This document shows, one piece after another, positions 1 to 8,000 of a DNA stretch of 32,000 nucleotides. How positions within the stretch are numbered: position 1 is the first letter of the stretch; each line of letters begins with the position of its first letter. The notes below the pieces were generated by a model. That model saw nothing but the letters and a program-made list of their open reading frames with translations, had not been told where the DNA came from and searched no databases. Both the position numbers and the translations under genes were made by a program. Source of the stretch: an uncultured bacterium (lineage in GTDB: Bacteria; GCA-001730085); NCBI GenBank assembly GCA_964565945.1, contig CAZMGY010000011.1, positions 1 to 32,000 of the forward strand, in the 5' to 3' direction.

Positions 1-1461
1 TGTAGGAGTAAAATTAAGATCTTGAGGTTGGTAGTCGAAAAACAGCTCGTCAAGATAAATCAGCGCATCTTGATTGCTAGGGTTGAGGGATTTTTGGAAC
101 TCTCTCCAGTTGGGGATAATTTTTTTCTTGTTTCCTTGAACTTCTCGGAGGAACGTTGTCATTTCAGAGGATTTCAGAAATTTTTGATGAATATCGTACA
201 CGGACAAATGTTGCCGTTGAGCCAAAGTGCGGAGGGTGTAGCCCAATGCATTGAGGATTTGAAGGCGCTCGTCAAGGGCGATCTTTGTGTTGCGAGCTAG
301 CTGAAGTGTGTATGTGACGAGGCCGTCTATCTGTTCTGCTGAGGGGACCACTTTATCACGAGTCTCGGGTTGCCAAACGGTGCTGGGTAATTTGATTGAC
401 AACTTACGGGGCAGATTGATCCGATGATCAGTTTCTGGTTGGATGTTCCATTGTTCGACGGCCACCCCTTGCACCAACAAGGACAAGGTGGATGAAGAAT
501 CCAGATCCGATTTTTTGTTAGCTTGATACAATACGTCGGAAGGTTGAGGGGATGCTTTACGGACTTTTTGATCGCGCTTGGTGGACACACGGGGCTGTAA
601 AAAAACGGTGATGAGTGTTTCGGGAGACATACCAGTTCCCTTGTCGGAAATGGTGAATCCTTGGGCGTTGACGTTGATGTCAATGGCTCCTTCAAAGTTA
701 GGCGAAAATATTTGACCGTTAGCTTGCACCGAGTGAAACCCACTTGTGTCATTGAGCGGGGATCCTTCATAACTAACTTTAACCGTATCTTCGTATTGAA
801 AGTAGTTGGCGAGTGTTTCTCGGATTTCTTGTTGGGCATTGTGATCAAGTGAGGTTGTGACAGTGACGAGTGTTCCCTGGGCAGGGGTATCGTTTGGAAG
901 CTTCTCGGAGGCACCAAAAACCTTGAGTTTGTATTGCAAAATGTCTTGTTTGCGAAAAATAGTTAACAGGCTAGTTGTCTTCTGGTGAGTGGTGAGGTAT
1001 TGAATTTGATCGGTTTCTTCTTGGAGCAGGGAAAAAGAACCCATTGCTCCCATTCCAAACTGGCCGATCACGTTGGCGCTGTAACCTAAATGATCTTTGA
1101 CGGCATCGACAGCGTTGGAAGCAATTTCGCGAGTCGCTGTTCCTGGACCTGAGGCTTGGCCGACATCGTAATTATGGAAATCGACTGGGTCGAAATTTTT
1201 TGTAGGTCCGACGGTTTCGTGTAAATATTTAGAAACGCTTTGGTAGGGGTCGGAATTTCCATGGTGTTGAACGAGTTCCTGGATTGCTTGTGTTTTTTTC
1301 TTTTCAGGAAATAAGCTGAGATAGCGTACGTAAGATGCCACGCTAGCCAAAGGGTGTCCCTCCATTTTAGACAATTGAGTTCCTGGAGCTAAAGCCATTA
1401 GATAAAGTGTATTGAAGAGTTGAAACATAAAAAGGCTAATGGTCAGGAGTCGTACAAACAT
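1..1461 (-). CDS. Partial CDS (N-terminal 487 codons; the 3' end runs off the window start). Hydrophobic-N-terminus protein with GHKL/Hsp90-like ATPase motifs.
   Basis: Absent from the supplied ORF track because it has no stop inside the window. I read all 487 minus-strand codons in the frame ending at nt 1 and found no stop. ATG is at 1461-1459, with an in-frame stop just upstream at 1465-1467. N-terminus is MFVRLLTISLFMFQLFNTLYLMALAPG. Motifs: EIASNAVDAV (1099-1128), GQFGMGAMG (1039-1065), DKGTGM (628-645). Track ORFs 22-300(+), 327-917(-) and 661-852(+) lie inside it in other frames. Confidence 0.7.
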   Translation of the reverse strand, partial: MFVRLLTISLFMFQLFNTLYLMALAPGTQLSKMEGHPLASVASYVRYLSLFPEKKKTQAIQELVQHHGNSDPYQSVSKYLHETVGPTKNFDPVDFHNYDVGQASGPGTATREIASNAVDAVKDHLGYSANVIGQFGMGAMGSFSLLQEETDQIQYLTTHQKTTSLLTIFRKQDILQYKLKVFGASEKLPNDTPAQGTLVTVTTSLDHNAQQEIRETLANYFQYEDTVKVSYEGSPLNDTSGFHSVQANGQIFSPNFEGAIDINVNAQGFTISDKGTGMSPETLITVFLQPRVSTKRDQKVRKASPQPSDVLYQANKKSDLDSSSTLSLLVQGVAVEQWNIQPETDHRINLPRKLSIKLPSTVWQPETRDKVVPSAEQIDGLVTYTLQLARNTKIALDERLQILNALGYTLRTLAQRQHLSVYDIHQKFLKSSEMTTFLREVQGNKKKIIPNWREFQKSLNPSNQDALIYLDELFFDYQPQDLNFTPT

Positions 1462-1583
1462 TTTTAAAAGAACCCCTTCTTAGGCTTAAAGTGAAATATT
1501 TATAGCTATAATTGTATTATTTACTAACTAAAATGTCAATATTAATATTTATTAGGTTTTATTGCAATAAGATATTTCATAAA

Positions 1584-1613
1584 TTGAGTTTTGGGATGCC
1601 TTTGGGGTACAAT
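1584..1613 (+). promoter_or_regulatory. Candidate sigma70-type promoter for the HAD phosphatase gene (TTGAGT-18-TACAAT)
   Basis: TTGAGT at 1584-1589, 18-nt spacer, TACAAT at 1608-1613. It sits downstream of a very AT-rich divergent region (about 1490-1580). It would give a leader of about 135 nt before the ATG at 1755. Confidence 0.35.
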
Positions 1614-1754
1614 ACACGCTTGTGAACGATAGTTAGGAGGATGCATCTGGTGTGAAAAGGGTCTTTGGGGCTATTCCTGTAGCCGAAGTGGTGGGGGAGG
1701 AGCTTTTGGATCTTCGAAATCTGGGTGATTGGACAAGTAAGGAGAAAAGACATA

Positions 1755-2408
1755 ATGGGCAAAGGTGTGATTTTTGATTTGGATGGAACGTTGATTAATA
1801 GCATTGAAGATTTAGGAACTTCGATGAATGTGGCTTTGGAGGCTTTGGGCTGTCCTGAGCGTTCCTTGGCTTTTTATAAAGGGATCATTGGTGGAGGTGT
1901 TAAGGATTTTACTTGCCAGTCGTTGCCCGAGAATGACCGATCCAACGAGCCCCTTGTTGCTGAGTGCATGTGCATGTTTCAAGAACATTATCAAGATCAT
2001 TGGGCGGACAAAAGTCATTTGTATGAGGGGATTGCAGAGATGCTTGACTATTTTCAAGCTCAAGGAGTGCCGATGAATATTTTGTCCAACAAACCAGATG
2101 CTTTTGTGCAAAATATTGTGAAGCATTATTTTCAGAATTGGAGTTTTGTTTGTGTGTCGGGTGCTGTGGAGAATTTTCTTCCTAAGCCCGATCCCACCTT
2201 GCTCAAACGCATGATGCAAATTATGAATCTAGATGCGCAAGATATGTATTACATTGGAGATACAGAAGTCGATGTGGCTACGGCACGTAATGCTGGTTGT
2301 CTAGCGGTGGCGGTTATGTGGGGGTTTCGCCACGAAGATAGGTTGCGAGCAGCACGTCCAGATTACTGCTTGCAGGAACCTGCTCAACTAAAGGACCTTA
2401 TCGGATAG
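1755..2408 (+). CDS. HAD-superfamily phosphatase (phosphoglycolate phosphatase-like)
   Basis: HAD motifs are present: I FDLDGTL, II ILSNKP, III PKPDP, IV YIGDTEVD. I prefer ATG 1755 (MGKGVIFDLDGT) over the track start 1725 because AAGGAG lies 8-9 nt upstream. Confidence 0.85.
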   Translation: MGKGVIFDLDGTLINSIEDLGTSMNVALEALGCPERSLAFYKGIIGGGVKDFTCQSLPENDRSNEPLVAECMCMFQEHYQDHWADKSHLYEGIAEMLDYFQAQGVPMNILSNKPDAFVQNIVKHYFQNWSFVCVSGAVENFLPKPDPTLLKRMMQIMNLDAQDMYYIGDTEVDVATARNAGCLAVAVMWGFRHEDRLRAARPDYCLQEPAQLKDLIG

Positions 2409-2441
2409 TGTTCCCCTTCGAAAAGAAATGCAAAAAGAAGA

Positions 2442-2470
2442 TTGACAATCTTTTTGTGATTTTATAAAAT
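2442..2470 (+). promoter_or_regulatory. Near-consensus sigma70 promoter of the imelysin/DUF1111/ATPase operon (TTGACA-17-TAAAAT)
   Basis: TTGACA at 2442-2447, exactly 17-nt spacer, TAAAAT at 2465-2470. RBS AAAGGAGG precedes the ATG at 2519. Confidence 0.55.
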
Positions 2471-2484
2471 GAAAGTAAATTTCA
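2470..2484. promoter_or_regulatory. 15-bp palindromic operator candidate TGAAAGTAAATTTCA (Fur-box-like 7-1-7)
   Basis: Inverted arms TGAAA/TTTCA. By my count it matches 10 of 14 positions of the Fur 7-1-7 motif TGATAATnATTATCA. It is 13/15 identical to the site at 11133-11147. It abuts the -10 hexamer and covers the expected transcription start. Confidence 0.45.
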
Positions 2485-2518
2485 TTTTCATAAATAATTG
2501 ATAAAAGGAGGAACCTCA

Positions 2519-3685
2519 ATGTTGAAACAGGTGATTTTAATGAGTTTTGTGGCATGGACCGGATTAACTGGTGTTGCTCAAGCTCAAGAGAGCACTCAGC
2601 TTAAGCAAGATTTTATTAAGACCTATAGTCGTTTGGTCTACTTGAATTATGCTGATGCCTATAATAAAGCTTTGGATTTGCAAGACTGCATCGAGGCGTT
2701 TTTAAATCGTCCGAACGAAGGAACTTTGGCCGCGGCTCAACAAAGCTGGTTGATGTCGCGTGTGCCTTATGGACAGTCGGAAGTGTTCCGTTTTTATGAA
2801 GGTCCGATTGATTTTGTTGATGAAGTTCGTGGTTTAGAAGGGCCTGAAGGGCGTTTAAACTCATGGCCTCTCGATGAAGCTTATATTGATTATGTGGAAG
2901 GTAATCCCAAAGCTGGTTTGGTTCAAAATACAGCGATGAGCTTGACCAAAGAAACATTATCGGCTAAAAATCAGGAAAATGACGAAGCAGATGTGGCTTT
3001 AGGTTACCATTCGATTGAATTTTTGTTGTGGGGTCAAGATTTGAATGATTTTGGTCCAGGTCAACGCCCTGTGAAAGATTATTTGCTGGGGGACTCCGTG
3101 TGTGAGCGACGACGCACCTATTTACGCTTGGTCACCGAAATTTTGATTGAAGATCTTAAGTTTTTGGTCAATGAATGGGATCCTCAAGGTCGCGACAATT
3201 ATGTGGAACGATTTCTGCTTAAAGATGTCAATGTGGTTTTGGCCGATGTGCTCACGTCTTTGGCTACTATGAGCGGATTTGAACTGTCAGCTGAGCGGAT
3301 GGCAGTGCCCTTAGATAGTGGTGATCCCGAAGATGAACATTCCTGTTTTAGCGACAACACGCATAACGATTTTCTTTTTAATGCTTTAGGTTTGGCGAAT
3401 GTTTATTACGGCACTTATGGCACTTTTGATGGTACGGGCCTTGATCAAATTATTGTGGCGTACAATGCCGATTTGGATCAAATGATTAGAGAAAAATTAA
3501 ATCAAGTGTTTAACCGAATGGGGAAGATTGGGGTTCCGATTGATTATCGTGTCTTAGGTTCTTTTGAAGATAGTCGTGAGCGCCGGGTAATGGAGCAAAC
3601 GATCCAAGCTTTGATGAGCTTAGCTGATTTGTTCAAACAGGCGGGGCCTATTTTGGGTGTTAATGTGGAAATGCGCAGTGAATAG
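2519..3685 (+). CDS. Periplasmic imelysin-like protein (Peptidase_M75 / IrpA-like, EfeO-related)
   Basis: Signal peptide MLKQVILMSFVAWTGLTGVAQAQ. The family-typical HxxE block GYHSIEFLLWGQD is present. I prefer ATG 2519 with its AAAGGAGG RBS over the track start 2498. Confidence 0.8.
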   Translation: MLKQVILMSFVAWTGLTGVAQAQESTQLKQDFIKTYSRLVYLNYADAYNKALDLQDCIEAFLNRPNEGTLAAAQQSWLMSRVPYGQSEVFRFYEGPIDFVDEVRGLEGPEGRLNSWPLDEAYIDYVEGNPKAGLVQNTAMSLTKETLSAKNQENDEADVALGYHSIEFLLWGQDLNDFGPGQRPVKDYLLGDSVCERRRTYLRLVTEILIEDLKFLVNEWDPQGRDNYVERFLLKDVNVVLADVLTSLATMSGFELSAERMAVPLDSGDPEDEHSCFSDNTHNDFLFNALGLANVYYGTYGTFDGTGLDQIIVAYNADLDQMIREKLNQVFNRMGKIGVPIDYRVLGSFEDSRERRVMEQTIQALMSLADLFKQAGPILGVNVEMRSE

Positions 3686-5075
3686 AACGTCCTTTTTGCT
3701 ATTCCTACTCCTATGGGGGGGGCTATGCATTTCAAAAAATTTACAAGCCTTGGACAATAGCGATAAGCGTGACTTTCGCTCTAAATTGATGTCGGGTGGT
3801 GAGACAACCGTGATTAATACGTCGCGCGAGGCTTTTGCAAAGCCAGCGGCTAATTTACCAATGGCTAAGCTGAGGGACTTTACTTTTGGCAACCGTGTGT
3901 TCAACACCAAATGGGTGACGGCACCAGCCTCGGTGAAAAGTTTTGATGGTTTAGGACCTCTTTTTAATCAACGTTCGTGCTCGGCTTGTCATTTTAAGGA
4001 TGGGCGTGGTCGCCCTCCTCTCGAGAATGAAACTGAGATGACATCGATGCTGGTGCGAGTGAGTGTTTGGAATGAAGATGGTACGCAGGCGATTGATCAT
4101 CCTGTTTATGGAAATCAAATCAATGAGCGAGGTATTTTGAATATTAAGGGTGAAGGACGTATTGAAATTACCTATGAAGAAGTGGAAGGTCGTTTTGCCG
4201 ATGGAGAAGTTTATTCTTTGCGTAAACCAACTTATCACTTCAAAGACATGAATTATGGATCCGTAGAAGACGATCTTTTGTTTTCACCACGGGTGGCGCC
4301 TTCAATGTTTGGTTTAGGACTTCTTGAAGCTATTTCGGAAGAAACCATTTTAGCGTTTGTTGATGAAGACGATTGCGATGGTGAGGGCATTTCGGGGCGA
4401 GCCAACTATGTGGAAGATAAGGTTAAAGGTGAAATTCGTTTAGGTCGCTTCGGTTGGAAAGCAAATCAACCCAGCTTGCGCCAACAAAATGCGAAGGCGA
4501 TTATTGGAGATATTGGGATCACCAGTGATTTATTTCCCGATGAAAATGTAACCGCGATACCGAATGCGGAGTTTGTTTCGGGAGGGGCACCTGAACTTTC
4601 AAGCAAGTTTTTGGATAAGCTAACGTTTTACGTTCAAACTTTGGCTGTTCCTGCGCGACGCAAGGTTGGTGACCACCTTGTGCTGAAAGGAGAAGAGATT
4701 TTTAAAAAAGCCAATTGTCACAGTTGTCATAAAGAGACGTTGGTGACAGGTGAGCACGAGGATGTGCCAGAGTTATCGCGACAGACCATTCATCCGTACA
4801 CAGATCTTTTATTGCATGATATGGGCGAAGGTTTAGCTGATGGGCGGCCTGATGGTCAGGCGAATGGACGTGAGTGGCGCACCGCTCCTTTGTGGGGTAT
4901 TGGCTTGACGAAGACCGTTAACAAGCATACTTTTTTTCTGCACGATGGTCGAGCGCGTAATTTGATGGAAGCGCTTTTGTGGCATGGGGGTGAAGCTGAA
5001 GCAGCAAAACAACACGTGCTTCAGCGGGATAAAGATGATCGAACAGCTTTGATGGTGTTTTTAAATTCTCTTTAG
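3657..5075 (+). CDS. Di-haem cytochrome c DUF1111 protein (annotated in databases as thiol oxidoreductase or putative peroxidase)
   Basis: Two CxxCH haem-binding motifs (CSACH, CHSCH). N-terminal signal-like segment NRTSFLLFLLLWGGLCIS. The length (472 aa) is typical of DUF1111. The start is GTG 3657 or ATG 3663; either overlaps the imelysin stop at 3685. Confidence 0.8.
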   Translation: MLMWKCAVNRTSFLLFLLLWGGLCISKNLQALDNSDKRDFRSKLMSGGETTVINTSREAFAKPAANLPMAKLRDFTFGNRVFNTKWVTAPASVKSFDGLGPLFNQRSCSACHFKDGRGRPPLENETEMTSMLVRVSVWNEDGTQAIDHPVYGNQINERGILNIKGEGRIEITYEEVEGRFADGEVYSLRKPTYHFKDMNYGSVEDDLLFSPRVAPSMFGLGLLEAISEETILAFVDEDDCDGEGISGRANYVEDKVKGEIRLGRFGWKANQPSLRQQNAKAIIGDIGITSDLFPDENVTAIPNAEFVSGGAPELSSKFLDKLTFYVQTLAVPARRKVGDHLVLKGEEIFKKANCHSCHKETLVTGEHEDVPELSRQTIHPYTDLLLHDMGEGLADGRPDGQANGREWRTAPLWGIGLTKTVNKHTFFLHDGRARNLMEALLWHGGEAEAAKQHVLQRDKDDRTALMVFLNSL

Positions 5076-5080
5076 ATTAA

Positions 5081-8000
5081 ATGGTAAAAAGGATGAAACA
5101 TCTTGTGAAGAAATATTCGTGGGTATTAGTGCAAGTTATTTTTTGTTTTATTAGTGGGACTGTCTTACCTAGTTCGGTGGCATGGGGCTTAGCACCTCAA
5201 TCTCAGGTAAACTCTTTGGCACAAGTTGATTGGAAAAATGTGCCTAGGAACGAATCTCAAAGTTCTTTCATAACAGCTCTTGATAAATCTGAAGAAAGTC
5301 TAGATAAGGATCGTTCTGTTAAGGAATTCACCTTTGAAGAAAAAATCGCCGACCTTTCTCGAGGGCAGCAATTTTTTTTGAAGTTGCCTGTCGAATACCT
5401 GTATTTGTTTTCGATTATTTTTGTTTTGATTTATATTTTTAGTGGAGGTAATTTTTATAGCTTTATTTTGTTAGGAGTGGGTTTGTTACCATTTTTGCAT
5501 TGGGTGTGGCTTAAAATTGAGCCTTATTGGGCCAAAACATTAGCCAAATCCTTGAATTGGTTGCGCAACAAAGAAGCCTTTTTAGTTTTTTTTGCCGCGT
5601 TGTTATTGGTGATTGAAATTATGGGTCACATTGGGATTGTCTTAGGACCTTTTTCGACCGTCTTTTTTGTGATTGGCTTGGTGGGTGTGATTCTGTTTGC
5701 TTTACCCATGATTTACAACGGGTTTTTGGTCTTAATGTACTTTTTTGAAAAACTATTTCGTGGTGAAAATCCGTTTGAAGAACTCAATGAAGAGTTCACC
5801 AAAGGTTTGGCATTCTTTTTGTTGATTTTTCTTCCTTTGGTGACAGGGGCGTTTCCTTTAGATTTGGTTGCGGTGGCTTTGATTGCCGTGGTGATTCAGT
5901 TAGCTGAAGTTTTGGAAGAGCATATGATTAAGATGAAAGATAAAGCCGTTGAAGATCTCAAGAGAGAAATTCCCGATCAAGTGCGGGTGGTGCGTTGGGG
6001 AGATAAGGTGTTTGAGACCGATCAATTGCCGACGGTGCCTCTCGAACGAGTGGAAAAAGCTTTGGCCAAGGGGACTTCTATTGTTGTACGTGTGTTAAGA
6101 AATGAGCCTGTTCCTAAAATCGATGGTTACGTTGCGGGCTTTGAAGAGGCCACACGGGTCGATAAATCGGCATTTAATGGGGAGTCGAAAGCTGTGCCCC
6201 TTAAAGAATATGACTTTCTCGAGGGCGGCTCCTTGGTCTTGAATGGCTATGTTGATATTCGTGTTGATAAAGCTGGCGACGAAACCGAAATTGGTAAAAT
6301 TGAAGCATCTCTCACAGAGTTTGATCCGAAAGGATTTTCCGAGGTGAAAGCTTTGTCGGATAAAGTGATCAAATACTTTGGTTTAGGTTTGATTTTGATT
6401 GCTTTAGTAGGTTTTGTTGTGAGTGGTTCGTGGATGGTGACGATTGCGGCCTTGGCGGCTGTCTGTGCCTGTCCCTTCTTGGTGGGGATTCCCTTGGCTT
6501 TTGTGGCGGCTCGTCAAAATATGGCTACCAAAAATATTGCGATTCGCAAGAATGAATCCTTTTCTCCGATCAATGTTTTGGTTCTTGACAAAACCGACAC
6601 CATTACGGTGAACAAAAAAATGAAACTCGATCCTAAGCAGCCCGTATGGATGTTTGATGCCAACGAAGATCCGAAGGTCTTGTTGTATCAGGCTGCGGTG
6701 GTAGAGCGAGAGCTAGAAGAAAGCAATCCTTATGCGCGTGTGATTATGAATCAAGCTTTGGAGGATGGATGGACGCGTGCTCAGATTAACAAAGAATTAC
6801 TCACGAGTTTTGATGCAAAATCGAGAGGAGCGTGGGGCTATGTGCAGGGGAGACGTTTGTTTTTGGGGAATATGAAACAGCTACGGCAAGTGACTCAAGG
6901 AGATATTGTTCAAGAAAATTTGATTCAAGACAAGGTGGATTCGTTTTCGGCCGAAGGGATTACACCCATTGTGGCGTACGATTTAGAAGCAGGCAAACCT
7001 CTCGGAGTTTTACGCGTGACACAGCATTTGCGTGAAGGAGTGGATCAGCTTATCAATAATTTTTTGGACATGGGTAAATTGACCTGGTATCAAAAAATCT
7101 TCAATGTTTTGTCTAAAAAAATGTTTCATTTTGAACCGTATCCTAAGAATATCCTTCCGATGGTGGCCTCGGGAGATACCAAAAACAGTGTTAAATATGT
7201 CTTGAAGCAAACACCGATTAAGTTCGGTATGGCTGAGGTAACACCACGACAAAAAACGATTATTGTCTATTGGCTACAAAATGATGGTAATGTCGATAAA
7301 ATTAAACAAGAGCTACAAGGACGTCAGGAGCCACTTGTTTTTAATTGGCACGAATTTAAGAAAAAGTTTCTTAATGACGATGAAGGTCGTGCTTTTTTGA
7401 AAAAGTATCGTAAACTAGAAAAATCGCTTAAAGCGGGTGAGGATAAGCCTGTTATTAAATCGAATCCTAACCGGGTTGGTATGATTGGTGATGGAACCAA
7501 CGACACAATGGCGCTCAAGATGGCTGATGTTGGCTTTTCCTTTGAGTCGGCCACTAAATTTTCTAAATCAGCAGCAGATGTTTTGTTAGGTGATGGGGAC
7601 GATGTGTTTAAAAATTTAAATACCTTTCTCAAAATGCAGCGTCGCACCTATACGACAATCTTTATTAATATTTTTATTGTCGCGGTGATTTGGAATTTAA
7701 TGATGGTGAGTTTGATTTTTGCGGGCATTCTTGAGCCTCAAATTGCGGCCTTGCTTCATTCCATGAATACTGTTTTGGTTATACTGCTGTCTTTGGCTCT
7801 TATGGCTAAGCCTGGTACCCATTTTAAAGAGTTGTTTTTTGGTGGAAGTTCTTCTTCGAAAGAAAAGGAAGACTCTGCCAAACCTAAACCTAAGAAAGCT
7901 ATTGTGGCTTCAGATGAGGGTGATGAACAGCATAAACACAAGAATCCTCATGCCAGTTGTAAGTTGTGTCAGAAAATTGTGGCCAAACCAAAACCCGAGG

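Noticed and set aside
22-917. Track ORFs 22-300(+), 327-917(-) and 661-852(+)
   Set aside because: All three lie inside the uninterrupted 487-codon minus-strand ORF (1-1461) but in other frames. Their translations are low-complexity (P/S/K/L-rich), carry no motifs, and lack an RBS. I treat them as shadow ORFs.
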